Origin: a plasmid
Reading direction: 5' to 3' (one strand)
Assembly (NCBI RefSeq): GCF_988243305.1
Contig: NZ_OZ547137.1
Length of the DNA stretch: 64,000 bases
The translations under genes and the position numbers were made by a program. Position 1 is the first letter of the stretch. Every line of letters starts with the position of its first letter. This document shows positions 52,769 through 63,933 of the stretch, in pieces. A model generated the notes under the pieces. That model was not told the DNA's origin and did no database searches. It saw only the letters and a program-made list of their open reading frames with translations.

Positions 52769-53280
52769 GCCAAGCTCTGCGGCGTGCAGACGCTGTACTT
52801 GTCAACGCCACGATCTTTGACCGTCTTATATCGACAGAGTTATCCGGCATGGTGTCAATCCGTTCACAATTTTTCCATCGGAGCAGCCTACCACCGGTGA
52901 TAACCTGACTTTGCCTGTAGTTTGTATACACAACCCCTGGCATTGAAACAAACATATGAAGTGTACTTCGGATATGACTGTACGCTCAGGAAGTACGGCA
53001 GATTCCGTCAAAAATTACCTGTAAAGACAGACATCAGAAAAACAGTGCTCGCCGCAGACCGGTGACCGGGCGAAGCCCGCGAACCGGCGAGGAAGCGCAA
53101 TGGATCTGTAGTTACAGTGAGCAGGTACGCCCTGAAGCCTTCATAATCGGTAGTGTATGCTGTTTTTCTGGAATGATTTATCCACATATCCAGAGGCCCG
53201 ATCCAGTAAACAGATCCATGAATGATCAACAAAGGATCCATTAAAGATCCCCATATCGCTGCAAACCTTGTCATTAATGG

Positions 53281-53420
53281 TCCGGGAGCACGATCACATA
53301 AGCTGTGGCATGTTACTGATAAACTGTAACAGGTTCATGATAAGCTGTATTCAGTAATACATATACTGCCGTAAGTTAATGACATAAACTATGGTCAGTA
53401 TGCCAGACTCAGTTGTTAAA
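53281..53420. promoter_or_regulatory. RepFIB upstream iterons (direct repeats)
   Basis: Repeated cataagctgtgg / gataaactgtaac / gataagctgtattc units. Confidence 0.7.
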
Positions 53421-53553
53421 TACAGGCTGCAGGTTTTTCTTCAGTCAGTTGACGGGGTTCTGACACACGATTTTCTGTTTATTCTTTTACTGTCCACAGG
53501 CAGGAGGCTTTCTGGAAAACGAAAATTCAGACATCAAAAAACTGTTCGGCGAG

Positions 53554-54531
53554 GTGGATAAGTCGTCCGGTGAGCTGGTGACACTGACACCAAACAATAA
53601 CAACACCGTACAACCTGTGGCGCTGATGCGTCTGGGCGTCTTTGTACCGACCCTTAAATCACTGAAGAACAGTAAAAAAAATACACTGTCACGTACTGAT
53701 GCCACGGAAGAGCTGACACGTCTTTCCCTGGCCCGTGCAGAGGGATTCGATAAAGTTGAGATCACCGGCCCCCGCCTGGATATGGATAACGATTTCAAGA
53801 CCTGGGTGGGGATCATTCATTCCTTTGCCCGCCATAACGTAATTGGTGACAAAGTTGAACTGCCTTTTGTCGAGTTTGCAAAACTGTGTGGTATACCTTC
53901 AAGCCAGTCATCCCGCAGGCTGCGTGAGCGCATCAGCCCTTCCCTGAAGCGCATTGCCGGTACCGTGATTTCGTTTTCCCGTACCGATGAGAAGCACACC
54001 CGGGAATATATCACCCATCTGGTACAGTCAGCCTACTACGATACTGAGCGGGATATTGTGCAGTTACAGGCCGATCCCCGCCTGTTTGAACTGTACCAGT
54101 TTGACAGAAAAGTCCTTCTCCAGCTTAAGGCGATTAATGCCCTGAAGCGACGGGAGTCCGCCCAGGCACTCTACACCTTTATAGAGAGCCTGCCCCGGGA
54201 TCCGGCACCGGTATCGCTGGCGCGGCTGCGTGCACGCCTCAATCTGAAGTCTCCTGTATTTTCCCAGAACCAGACGGTCAGACGGGCAATGGAGCAGTTG
54301 CGCGAGATTGGATACCTTGATTACACGGAGATCCAGCGGGGGCGGACAAAATTCTTCTGTATTCACTACCGGCGTCCCCGGTTAAAAGCGCCGAATGATG
54401 AGAGTAAGGAAAATCCGTTGCCACCTTCACCTGCGGAAAAAGTCAGTCCGGAGATGGCGGAGAAACTTGCCCTGCTTGAAAAACTGGGCATCACACTGGA
54501 TGACCTGGAAAAACTCTTCAAATCCCGCTGA
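53554..54531 (+). CDS. repA: RepFIB replication initiator RepA
   Basis: 325 aa [65 protein letters not shown]...; iteron arrays on both sides. Confidence 0.9.
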   Translation: MDKSSGELVTLTPNNNNTVQPVALMRLGVFVPTLKSLKNSKKNTLSRTDATEELTRLSLARAEGFDKVEITGPRLDMDNDFKTWVGIIHSFARHNVIGDKVELPFVEFAKLCGIPSSQSSRRLRERISPSLKRIAGTVISFSRTDEKHTREYITHLVQSAYYDTERDIVQLQADPRLFELYQFDRKVLLQLKAINALKRRESAQALYTFIESLPRDPAPVSLARLRARLNLKSPVFSQNQTVRRAMEQLREIGYLDYTEIQRGRTKFFCIHYRRPRLKAPNDESKENPLPPSPAEKVSPEMAEKLALLEKLGITLDDLEKLFKSR

Positions 54532-54539
54532 ACATAAAC

Positions 54540-54800
54540 TGTAGTCAGTGAAGAGTGCTCCTTTACTGACTACAGCTTATATTATCAGGTGCAGTGAGTG
54601 GTCCGCTCACTGCAGTTTATATTCAGTTTCCTGCAGTGCTGCCTGTGGCTGAGCTGCCATCTGCCTGTCCCTTACGTGAGTCACCCCGTAACCTGATGCT
54701 GAGGCATTGCTCCCTTCATAAAACATGGTTTACTCACTACAGCTTATCTACCTGCTCCAGCTTATGTTATGTCTGTTCTGCTGACCACTGCTTATATAAG
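54540..54800. promoter_or_regulatory. RepFIB downstream iterons
   Basis: Repeated ctacagcttatat / actgcagtttatat / ccactgcttatataag units. Confidence 0.7.
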
Positions 54801-54809
54801 GAAGTGCCG

Positions 54810-55550
54810 TTACTTCAGGGGAGGCAGTGTACGCAGGATCTCCGCAGCATCCCGACCGTCACCTGTGAAAGGCACTGCCAGCGTGGCAGCCATATCCAGT
54901 GCAAACACTCTGGTATAAACCTCCATCGAACGTGGATCCCTGTGACCAGCCAGTGCCTGGATGACTTTCCGGGGCTGGCGGTGATAGAGCATGTGCATGA
55001 TATAGCTGTGCCGGAAGGTATGCGGCGTCACCGGAATCGAAAAGTGTACCCCGTCAGCTTCGGCCCGTCTGACAGCCTGCTTCAGCCAGTTGCGCATGGT
55101 TTCGTCGGTCACGGCCCATAATGGTTCACGACGACGGGGCCGGGTAGTGATCATCCAGCTTTCCATCTGCCTGACATAGCTTATATCTGTCAGCGGAACC
55201 AGGCGCACTTCATCTTTTGGCGGGCGTCCGCGTCGCGCACGCACTTTTTCGGACAGGATCCGCACAAACGGTCTTGCACCATCCAGGTCAAATGATTCCG
55301 GCGTCAGCATCCGGGCTTCGCCAATACGCATTCCGGTATTCCAGAGGGTGGCGAACAGCATATGGTGACGCTGATCCGGCATATAGAAAAGAAGGGCACT
55401 CACTTCCGGGGCCAGCAGATAGGCCGGTGTGGCCCCCGTGGAAGTGGCCATTCTTCTCAGGGAGAGCGCTGTTGCAAAATCCACCCCCGGCGCAATGGGT
55501 AACAGGGAAACGCGTTCTGGTGAATTCTGCAGGGGAATGACATTGTTCAT
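54810..55550 (-). CDS. int: tyrosine site-specific recombinase (F-plasmid Int/ResD-like)
   Basis: [39 protein letters not shown]... with catalytic [13 protein letters not shown]...MEVYTRV. Confidence 0.85.
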   Translation of the reverse strand: MNNVIPLQNSPERVSLLPIAPGVDFATALSLRRMATSTGATPAYLLAPEVSALLFYMPDQRHHMLFATLWNTGMRIGEARMLTPESFDLDGARPFVRILSEKVRARRGRPPKDEVRLVPLTDISYVRQMESWMITTRPRRREPLWAVTDETMRNWLKQAVRRAEADGVHFSIPVTPHTFRHSYIMHMLYHRQPRKVIQALAGHRDPRSMEVYTRVFALDMAATLAVPFTGDGRDAAEILRTLPPLK

Positions 55551-55913
55551 GAGTTATTTTTCACGTAGCACACGCACTGTTTATGGATACAGGTATTCTG
55601 ACCTGAACGCCCGGATCCTTCCACGACAATAAATCGCAGCACGCGGATCCTTTTGTTTGCTTATCACGCATTATTGCGGGTAAAACCAAATACGTAAAGG
55701 CGCGTTTTGCAGCAGGGATCCCGTCTTAAGCCAGTCGTGGCGCGGGCTGATGGCTGGTTTGCCGTCTTTGGGAGAAATGGGGTAATGCCAGGACAAACAG
55801 GATCGGACCAAAAGGAAAAGGAGCAGGGAAGAAGGAGGATGCGCTACGTGAATTCTGACCTGGTACACCCCTGTAACCCTGCCAGTTTTCACGTAGCGCA
55901 ATGTGGTTGCTAC

Positions 55914-56210
55914 CTAACACCAGTTGAGATGAGAGCCGGCATCCTGATGCTGGATTAATATACGGATAATAATAATTTCAGTATCAGTCTGCAGAAAATA
56001 AAGCATATGTCGTTCAACGGATAGTGCGAATATGTATTCCCCCAGTTCAGGGCGGGGAGTACCGATATTATGATCACTCATAACCTGAAAAATATCGGAT
56101 ATCTGATTAATATATTTGTCTGCTTGATCCTCACCAAAATGGCGGCACCCGTAATACCAGATATCCTCCAGATCCTGACTGGCTTTCGGTGTGAGTTTAA
56201 CGGTTTTCAC
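55914..56210 (-). CDS. parE: ParE/RelE-family toxin
   Basis: 98 aa, DLEDIWYYGCRHFGEDQADKY...; overlaps the upstream antitoxin gene. Confidence 0.8.
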   Translation of the reverse strand: MKTVKLTPKASQDLEDIWYYGCRHFGEDQADKYINQISDIFQVMSDHNIGTPRPELGEYIFALSVERHMLYFLQTDTEIIIIRILIQHQDAGSHLNWC

Positions 56211-56463
56211 CGGCCCCCCTCGTGCCAGCTTTAACTTTCTTCAGGAACGCATCTTTTTCCCACACCACAGGTTCACCGCTGCTCAGGCCTTCTGCCAGTA
56301 AATCCCGCAGGGCCTGGAGACGTGACTCTGCCTGTTTCTCGCGCAGGAGACGAAGTGACTCGCGGATTACTTCACTCTGTGTACGGTAATCACCTGATTC
56401 TATGAGAGATTCTATGTACTCCCAGAGTTCATCTCCGAGAGCAACTGTCATTGTTCTGGCCAT
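56197..56463 (-). CDS. parD: ParD-like antitoxin
   Basis: 88 aa, N-terminal RHH-like MARTMTVALGDELWEYIESLIESGDYRTQSEVIRESLRLLRE. Confidence 0.8.
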   Translation of the reverse strand: MARTMTVALGDELWEYIESLIESGDYRTQSEVIRESLRLLREKQAESRLQALRDLLAEGLSSGEPVVWEKDAFLKKVKAGTRGAGENR

Positions 56464-56994
56464 ATCAAGCCTCGTGATTGTAAGTTTAAATTTTACATGC
56501 AGTTTATTCGATACTCAAAGGTGCTTCCAGTACAGAACATTTGGGAGAATTGGGGTAATGCCTGGAACAGACAGATACGGAGAAAAACCCTGCAGATAAC
56601 CTTATACGACAACTGAAGGTGTCTGATGCCATATTCTTAGCTACTTCTCTGTCTTCAGGCGGCTTAGTCACAACATAAGACCGATGCATAATAAGCATAT
56701 TTTTTCATGTTATGGTCTTGTTCATGCATGAACTATTATCTATTCAGTCACTTTTAAAGTTTTATATCATACTGCATATGATATATATCATCTCCTATAT
56801 TCAGACTAAAAATATTATGACGATGGTCAAATGAATTTAGTGAAAACGCTACCTAAAACAATATGCTTATGATATAACTTATCAAGAATATGCGACAATC
56901 TTCTTGAAAGGTTACGGAGAAGAGTCAGATAATGAAGTGTTATAACTCATTCAGCTTTTTTATGTTCTCTTTATAGTAAAACTAGGAGATTAAG

Positions 56995-58164
56995 ATGAAT
57001 CAGAAGTGGAAGACGTTAATTATTTCATTATTAACACCATCAAGTATTATATCAGGGATTGCGTTGATAGTTCTCTGGGGATATTTCAGTCGCCTGGGCC
57101 GACTAGATATTTTCTTTGATGTAATGAATATTAAAAGCATCTTGGTATTGGTTTGTTGTGCAACTATACTATCATTGGCTATGATAGTATTTATCTTTTT
57201 TATAACCTCTTTTTTTATACCCGTAGTTATTCCTCAGGATATAAATAATCTTCCTGCTTACAATAAGATTCAGGGTAATTTTTTATCTGTGATGATGTTA
57301 TCTGGCATGTTCCCCATGGCCTTTATATATGTGTTATACTGTGCATTTGATTTTGATCAGAATGTTAAAGATAACTCTGGCTGGTTATCTATTGCAAGTA
57401 TGGGTGTACTGATAGCTGTTATTTTAGCCATAGTAAATAAGAGGTATCTTGAATATGACTTATCGTTTAAAAACAATAGAATGAAACTGTTGAGACGTGT
57501 TCAGATCTATCTTGTCATTCCGTTGTCTATTGCTTTACTGGTGCATCTTCAGTTAATTCCTCTGGAGATAGTTTTTAGGAATATTGCAACTTCAGATAAG
57601 AGTGTTAATTTCAAAGTGATAGCCGAACTGGCTTTCATGTCATATTTTATCTTTCTTCTGACAATGCTTCCTGGAGTCATTTATCTGAAAATGAATCCAC
57701 AGCATAAATTTTCAAAAAGAATTAGCTATTCATTTATCGCATCCTTGATGTTATTATTAATAATATCGACTCAAATAACCGTGTTACCAGTGATTTTTAC
57801 CCATTCCGTTATTAAGCTATCAGGTATAAGTGACTTCAAAATACATAGCTACATTATTAAATCAAGTGAATATCCTGAAGAGTTTTTTTCCAATGCAGCA
57901 TGGGATAAAAAAAATATAAAACCGGGGGATTATTACTCTGTGCAGGCTGTTTCTATGTTTACGACAAACCAGTTTATTCTCCTTTGTCCTAAGGATATTA
58001 TAAAGTTTTATCGGGAAAGCTGGAAGTTCGAGTTGCTTAATGTAGACTTCGATATAAATACCAGGAAGAAACTCCAGGAAGAAGCTGCATATTGCGTACC
58101 AATTTCTGCAATATCTGTAAAACGATGGGATATGCCTCTTCAGGGCTCGAAACCCTCAAGTTAG
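56995..58164 (+). CDS. hypothetical multi-pass membrane protein (389 aa), AT-rich
   Basis: Multiple hydrophobic segments; good RBS (aggag) upstream of the ATG; no family recognised. Confidence 0.55.
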   Translation: MNQKWKTLIISLLTPSSIISGIALIVLWGYFSRLGRLDIFFDVMNIKSILVLVCCATILSLAMIVFIFFITSFFIPVVIPQDINNLPAYNKIQGNFLSVMMLSGMFPMAFIYVLYCAFDFDQNVKDNSGWLSIASMGVLIAVILAIVNKRYLEYDLSFKNNRMKLLRRVQIYLVIPLSIALLVHLQLIPLEIVFRNIATSDKSVNFKVIAELAFMSYFIFLLTMLPGVIYLKMNPQHKFSKRISYSFIASLMLLLIISTQITVLPVIFTHSVIKLSGISDFKIHSYIIKSSEYPEEFFSNAAWDKKNIKPGDYYSVQAVSMFTTNQFILLCPKDIIKFYRESWKFELLNVDFDINTRKKLQEEAAYCVPISAISVKRWDMPLQGSKPSS

Positions 58165-58359
58165 AAGGCAACTAGGGCGACTGTATTCTGTGACGAAATG
58201 AATGGCTGGCTCACTATAATAATGAGCGAACCCATCAGGGAAAAATGTGCAATGGGCGGACGCCAATGGAAACGTTACTCGATGGAAAACGCATCTGGGC
58301 CGAGAAAAATTTAAGCCAGATGTAATCTGACAGATACCTGTATAAATAACCGATAACTG

Positions 58360-58653
58360 TCAGATCAGGTCTGAGCTAATACATTTCAATAAAGGTACTT
58401 GCTCGCGCTCTGTCATTTTCTGAAACTCTTCATGCTGCATTTCGATTTTCCTTCTAAGATCATAACTCGCATACCTGTTCTTTTTATGTATATCTATATC
58501 TATTTTTGTGACGAGTTCAAACCACAATGTTCGCGCTCCCCATGCAGCGTTATGAAACATTTCCGCAACGGCTATAGAGTCTGTATTAACTGCTTCAGTC
58601 ATGTAGTCGCTAATACGTTCAGCGGTAATTTTCGTTATTTCATCGTAATTCAT
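58360..58653 (-). CDS. hypothetical protein (97 aa)
   Basis: ORF only; AT-rich context. Confidence 0.35.
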   Translation of the reverse strand: MNYDEITKITAERISDYMTEAVNTDSIAVAEMFHNAAWGARTLWFELVTKIDIDIHKKNRYASYDLRRKIEMQHEEFQKMTEREQVPLLKCISSDLI

Positions 58654-58758
58654 TTTATCTCCTACAAGATTATTTAATGGAATGCAAAATATCTGGTCTG
58701 ATAATAATGTTCCAGAATTAATATCTGCAGGCTATGTTAAGTTGTCCCCACACACAAT

Positions 58759-59034
58759 CTACCTGTTTTCTCGTGTGTGCCACAGACGCAATACATAAAT
58801 AGTCTGGCCATTAATTTCGTAACGGATTTCGTACTCGCCAGCAAAAATCCGTCTGACCTCCCTGGGTTCAAACTGAAACAACAGTTCTCCCATACGTGGA
58901 TGAGTTAACAGAATGACCGGTGCCTGTGTCAGGGACTGTACCGTTCTGGCGGCAACAGGTTTACTGGCCAGCACCAGAAAATCATATAACCGCGACAAAT
59001 CAGAAAGCGCCTTACTGGTCCACTTCAGTTCCAT
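58759..59034 (-). CDS. RelE/ParE-family toxin
   Basis: 91 aa, WTSKALSDLSRLYDFL...IYVLRLWHTRE; start overlaps the upstream antitoxin stop. Confidence 0.8.
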   Translation of the reverse strand: MELKWTSKALSDLSRLYDFLVLASKPVAARTVQSLTQAPVILLTHPRMGELLFQFEPREVRRIFAGEYEIRYEINGQTIYVLRLWHTRENR

Positions 59035-59318
59035 CAGCGTGGCACCGGTAACGGATTGTCAGTACTGAGGCTGTCCGACCAGGCCTGTACAGCCTGATGG
59101 TCGATAACCTGTCCGGATGTCACATCGTCCAGGGCTTCCAGCGTCAGGCGATTACGCTCCTCCTCCTGGGCAAGCCATGCAGAAAGCGCCTGTTTGATAA
59201 CCCAGCCCCGGGAACGTTCCAGTCTGGCGGCCATCTGGTCGACTTTATCAGCCATAGGTAATGGCACATGCGCGGTAATTACTTTTGTTGCTTGTGCGGC
59301 ATTGTTTTTCATTTGCAT
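59034..59318 (-). CDS. RHH-type antitoxin partner of the RelE/ParE-like toxin
   Basis: 94 aa immediately upstream of the toxin; RSRGWVIKQALSAWL region. Confidence 0.7.
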   Translation of the reverse strand: MQMKNNAAQATKVITAHVPLPMADKVDQMAARLERSRGWVIKQALSAWLAQEEERNRLTLEALDDVTSGQVIDHQAVQAWSDSLSTDNPLPVPR

Positions 59319-59916
59319 ATCCGATTAGTTGTTAATCATATTTAATCATAGTGATTACTTTCAGACGGAACAAGGCAAATAATGCGCGTCAGCGCATGTA
59401 AGGCGGCATACGGAGGTTACATGTAGCACAGGTGTAAAACCGCCGAAGCCCGGCGTAAGCCGGTACTGATTGATAGATTTCACCTTACCCTTTTCCATCC
59501 TGCTAAGCCACACCCGCTTTCAGCTATGAGAGAGCCTTTGTGCGCAGTCGGGGCGTATCTCCGCGTTAGCGGGCCGTGAGGGACGCTTACGAGCGTGTAT
59601 GAGAGACGTACAGTGGTTTCTTCTAGCTTTTATTTCCTCTCAGGTCCCGAATTGTCAACTTCTGAATCGTGGGGGCCCCTTTGGGGTGACGATTCAGTGG
59701 TTGACAACTGCACATAAAACACCCTGTGTGTGGGGTGATGGTTCACGTAGTGGTCCATCGCCCTGCCAGGGGTCAGTCGCCACTACACCATCACTTGAGA
59801 AAGAGAAGGGACTTGCTGTTATGTCAGTGAAACTTTGGTAAATTATCGTATCCTGTGGCAGGATGATGGTTTGTTACAGCATTGCAATTCATTAAAAAGG
59901 GGGCTTACGAAGAACA

Positions 59917-60675
59917 GTGGATATGATCGCAACTAAAACGCCTGCCATTGATAAAGCTGCCCGAATATTTCATTTTATTGCCGGGAAAGGCTCTGCCACC
60001 TACAGTGAAATTCACCAGAATGTCGGATTGCCTCAAAGCACCACCTCGGCCCTGCTTGCCAGCCTGACCACGCATGCCTTTCTGAGACAAAAAAATGGCC
60101 GGTATTATCTGGGGCTAATCTTTTACGAGCTTGGTAATAAAGCCATTCAGGATTTTGATTTTCGTGAACTGGCTGAAGAGTCACTCGTTTTTCTCCGTGA
60201 CCGGACCCGTCTTGCCTGCCATCTGGGCGTTCTGGATGGTTCCACCGGCATCTATCTGGCGAAAAAAGAAAGCCAGAATGCGATTATCGTTCGCAGCTGG
60301 ACGGGAAAACGACTTTCCCTGCACAGTTCCTCCCTTGGGAAAGTGTTGTTGGCCTGGCTTCCGGAAGACCACATTGATGCTCTTTTACCCACAGAACACC
60401 TTCCTGCGTTTACTGCCCGGACAATTACAACACGTAAAGCGTTGAAAGCTGAGCTGGAGGTGGTCCGCCTGCAGGGATGGGCGTTTGATAATCAGGAAGA
60501 TGTCGACGATGTCACCTGTATTGCCGCGCCGGTATTTAACAGTGATCAGGCCGTTGTTGCCGCAATAAGTATTTCCGGGGTTCGTTTTCAGATGCCTGAG
60601 GAAAAAATACCTGAGTATGCGAACGCGGTGATGAAAGCCGCTGGCATGATGTCTGAAAAGTTATGCGGTATATGA
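59917..60675 (+). CDS. IclR-family transcriptional regulator
   Basis: N-terminal HTH (ATYSEIHQNVGLPQSTTSALL), C-terminal effector domain; divergent from the transporter gene. Confidence 0.85.
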   Translation: MDMIATKTPAIDKAARIFHFIAGKGSATYSEIHQNVGLPQSTTSALLASLTTHAFLRQKNGRYYLGLIFYELGNKAIQDFDFRELAEESLVFLRDRTRLACHLGVLDGSTGIYLAKKESQNAIIVRSWTGKRLSLHSSSLGKVLLAWLPEDHIDALLPTEHLPAFTARTITTRKALKAELEVVRLQGWAFDNQEDVDDVTCIAAPVFNSDQAVVAAISISGVRFQMPEEKIPEYANAVMKAAGMMSEKLCGI

Positions 60676-60720
60676 CTGGTCCGCTCACAGGTCATGATAA
60701 CCCGTGAGCGGCGTTCGGCC

Positions 60721-61686
60721 TTACGTTGCTCTGACGCGGGAGGCTCCGTGTTTTGCCCACAACGCAGTGATCACCGGCACGACAATGGCGGTGATCACCA
60801 CACAGGATGCCACCAGAGTGGTGGCTGCCGGTGCGGCCTCAGCGAAGTCCGGCGCGATCTCGGCTACCAGCAACGGAGTGGCCACGGCAGCGCCAGCAGT
60901 ACTCGATGCGGCAATTCCAGCCGTGCCACGGCCCTTACCCAGCATGATATCCATGATTATCAGTGGTACGCCTGTGATAACAATGACTGCCAGAGCCATA
61001 AGAATACCCAGCAGTCCGGTGTCGATGATGACGCCAAGATTAATGGTATTCCCCAACGCAAATGCAAAGAATGGGATCAGACTTTTGGTGGCCCTGGAAA
61101 ACAATTCCCGAAGTTCGGGATCAAGATTACCCAGCAAAAAACCCACCAGAAAGGGGATCAGGACGCCGGCGAGGTGTTCAGGTTCGAACGTTGCCTGCCC
61201 GGCGGCCCCCAGAATAATCATCGTCATCAGGGGGCCGGACTCAAGCGAGATAAGTACAGAAGCACCGGCTTCTTCTTTTGTGCCGTACTCCTGCATCAGG
61301 GAAGCATAAAGCCCGGCATTGGTCATATCCATCGCCGCAACAATCGCCAGAACAGATAAACCGGCAAAGAAACCTGTTTTTACCATTCCCCCTTCCGGTA
61401 GGAGCTGGGCAAAAACAAAGGCACAGACCCAGGCAGTGGCGATTTTTGTGGCTACCAGTGTGCCAGACTTTTTGAGAACGGTCCCGGTTGCACTGATTTT
61501 AATGGAGGCGCCCATACAGAACAGCCAGACAGCGAGGATGGGGACCACGCCGGTGATCATGCCATTAGTAAATGAACCAAAGTATTTGCCGGTACCTGGC
61601 CAGAAGGTATGCAGTACCGCCCCCAGAAACAGGGGGACCAGCATCATTCCTCCCGGAATTTTTTCAACTGTTTTTTTGATATTCAT
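60721..61686 (-). CDS. KdgT-family 2-keto-3-deoxygluconate-type permease
   Basis: 321 aa polytopic membrane protein with KdgT-like profile. Confidence 0.75.
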   Translation of the reverse strand: MNIKKTVEKIPGGMMLVPLFLGAVLHTFWPGTGKYFGSFTNGMITGVVPILAVWLFCMGASIKISATGTVLKKSGTLVATKIATAWVCAFVFAQLLPEGGMVKTGFFAGLSVLAIVAAMDMTNAGLYASLMQEYGTKEEAGASVLISLESGPLMTMIILGAAGQATFEPEHLAGVLIPFLVGFLLGNLDPELRELFSRATKSLIPFFAFALGNTINLGVIIDTGLLGILMALAVIVITGVPLIIMDIMLGKGRGTAGIAASSTAGAAVATPLLVAEIAPDFAEAAPAATTLVASCVVITAIVVPVITALWAKHGASRVRAT

Positions 61687-61718
61687 TATCGTCCCTTTTT
61701 AATGTCAGATACGGCCAG

Positions 61719-62099
61719 TCAGAGCACCATGATGGCTTCAATTTCAATAACAGCCCCCTGCGGCAGGGCGGCGATACCCAACGTAGCCCTGGCGGGGTAC
61801 GGTGTCGAAAAGTATTCCGACATAATGGCGTTAAATCGCGGGAACATGTTCACGTCGGTCAGATAGGCATTCAGCTTCACAATATCCCTATCACTCCCTC
61901 CTGCGGCCTCTGCCACCGACAGCAAATTTTTAAACGCCTGACGGGCCTGTTCATCGAAATCTGTTGAGACCACTTGCATGGTATGCGGGTCAAAACCGAC
62001 CTGACCGGCGAGATAAATGGTTTCCCCGGCTTTCACCGCCTGAGATAATGCCCCACCGGGGGCAGGAGCCCCGGTGGTATAAATGATGTCTTTTTTCAT
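61719..62099 (-). CDS. RidA/YjgF-family enamine/imine deaminase
   Basis: 126 aa, MKKDIIYTTGAPAPGGALSQAVKAGETIYLAGQ... RidA signature. Confidence 0.85.
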   Translation of the reverse strand: MKKDIIYTTGAPAPGGALSQAVKAGETIYLAGQVGFDPHTMQVVSTDFDEQARQAFKNLLSVAEAAGGSDRDIVKLNAYLTDVNMFPRFNAIMSEYFSTPYPARATLGIAALPQGAVIEIEAIMVL

Positions 62100-62123
62100 G
62101 ATGTGCCTCCTGTCCTTTTGCGG

Positions 62124-63014
62124 TTACAGACCGAACAATTTGTCTAGGCAGTCTGCCTGGTCGGCTGTTAACTGGCCGTTATGATTCCGTGAGACCGGCG
62201 TCATGTAGCCATACTTTCTGGAAATGGCGGTTTTGATCGTACTGACAAAATCATCACCAATGGCATATATCCCGGAAAGTCGCCCAATTTCTTTGTGTAA
62301 TCCGGCGACTTCATTGAGGTCGCCGGCCCGATAGGCCCGCATAATTTGGGCAAAAAGCTCCGGCACCACATTATTCAGTCCGGAAAGAACTCCGGCGCCT
62401 CCGTTCATCAGATTGGGTACAAAGTACTCATCAAAACCGGCGAATACGGCAAAATCTTTTCTCAGCGGTGTGACCGCGTTGACGATGGCCCGGGTGTGAG
62501 ACGCACAGTCCACAGTATCTTTGATGCCAATAAACCGCGGGCAGCTTTCCGCCAGCATTCTGACAAGGTGAGCATCCACATCACATCCGGTTCTGGCCGG
62601 GAAGTTATAGATAAACCAGTCACCGGCAAGTTTACGGTCAAGACTGCGGAAATAGCTAAGTAACTGACGGGATGTCTGGGCGTAGTAATACTGTGGCAGT
62701 ACCATTACTGCGTCATAGCCACTGTCATAGGCGGCATCAGCCAGATAAAGCATGTCCTCTTCAACGGTAGATGAAATATGGGCAATCAAAGGGAGGTCAC
62801 TCATTTTCCGGGCTTCCAGGATGAGCATTGCCCGTTCGCGGACGCTCATTGTGGCAAATTCCCCGATGGTACCTGATAGCAGAATGCCGTTGATGCCGGA
62901 ATCAGAAAGGCGTGCCATATGTTTTTCCAGCCCCGTGAGGTCTATCTGACCGCTGTCATCCAGAGGAATGACGGAAGGGCAGACTGCCCCTGAAAACTTC
63001 ATTGTCTGATTCAT
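62124..63014 (-). CDS. DapA/NanA-family class I aldolase (dihydrodipicolinate synthase-like lyase)
   Basis: 296 aa with family-typical TIM-barrel motifs (GILLSGTIGEF...IGIKD). Confidence 0.8.
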   Translation of the reverse strand: MNQTMKFSGAVCPSVIPLDDSGQIDLTGLEKHMARLSDSGINGILLSGTIGEFATMSVRERAMLILEARKMSDLPLIAHISSTVEEDMLYLADAAYDSGYDAVMVLPQYYYAQTSRQLLSYFRSLDRKLAGDWFIYNFPARTGCDVDAHLVRMLAESCPRFIGIKDTVDCASHTRAIVNAVTPLRKDFAVFAGFDEYFVPNLMNGGAGVLSGLNNVVPELFAQIMRAYRAGDLNEVAGLHKEIGRLSGIYAIGDDFVSTIKTAISRKYGYMTPVSRNHNGQLTADQADCLDKLFGL

Positions 63015-63339
63015 ATTATTTGTTCCTTTTGCGTGGTATCAGCGTCATGCCTGCTGATACCCGCCCCGGCCTTTACGGAAGAAGGATGGATATCAGTAGT
63101 CCAAACACCAATATAGTGATTTAGTAATCACTATATTGGTGTTTGGACTGACTGGGAAATCATCTTTATAAGAACTGTGCGTGAGTTCAAGAATTCATTC
63201 GTGTCGTTCCGGTGAACTCATATTGACAGGTCAATTGGCAACTGCGTCAGGTTACCAAGGGAAGCGGTTGAGCGTCTTTATAGCGACGATCGGCACGCAA
63301 GGTCATCATAAATGCCAGGGCGGATGCTCTGCCGGATGG

Positions 63340-63933
63340 CGTTAGCAGGACATTTTTTTCAGCCAAGCGCGCTGCTGCGGCCATTGCGACGCCTGCATCA
63401 GCGGCAACCAGATCAACTGTCTGGAAGGCTCGGTGCCGACCATTCTCAACCGCGGCGGCTTCGCCAATAAGCTGCGTGCCGACTGGCAGTGGGTGATCGG
63501 CATCGGCGGCCTCGGCCATATCGCCATTAAGCTGCTGCGGGCGATGGGCGCCGATCGCGTAGTCAATAGCCGCGATCCTGAAGCCTTAAAAGTGCTGGCC
63601 GGGCAGTTTGACCTGAGCATCAACACCGTGGCGGTGGATCTTGACTGGCAGCCGTACTTCGAAGCCCTGTCCTAGGGCGGCAACTTCCACACCGTCGACG
63701 CGGTGATGAAGCCGTTCCCGGTACCGGCCTTTACCCTTATCGGCGACGACTGCAGCATCTCCGGCTCGGCGATCGGTAACCCATCCGAACTGCGCACGCT
63801 GAGGAAGTTCGCCGGACGCAGCAAAGTGGCTCCGACCACCGAGCTGTTCCCGATGTCGCAAATTAACGAAGCGTTGAAACACGTTCGCGAAGGCAAAGCC
63901 CGCTACCGCGCGGTGCTGAAAGCCGACTTATGA
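63340..63933 (+). pseudogene. YahK-like zinc-dependent alcohol dehydrogenase, C-terminal fragments only
   Basis: ORFs 63433..63675 and 63703..63933 have [15 protein letters not shown]...[11 protein letters not shown] and ...[31 protein letters not shown] in different frames. Confidence 0.65.

Noticed and set aside
60694-61475. Plus-strand ORFs 60694..61359, 60704..61309 and 61278..61475 opposite the KdgT-like permease gene
   Set aside because: Antisense to a gene encoding a coherent polytopic membrane protein; the translations are low-complexity and Arg/Gly-rich.
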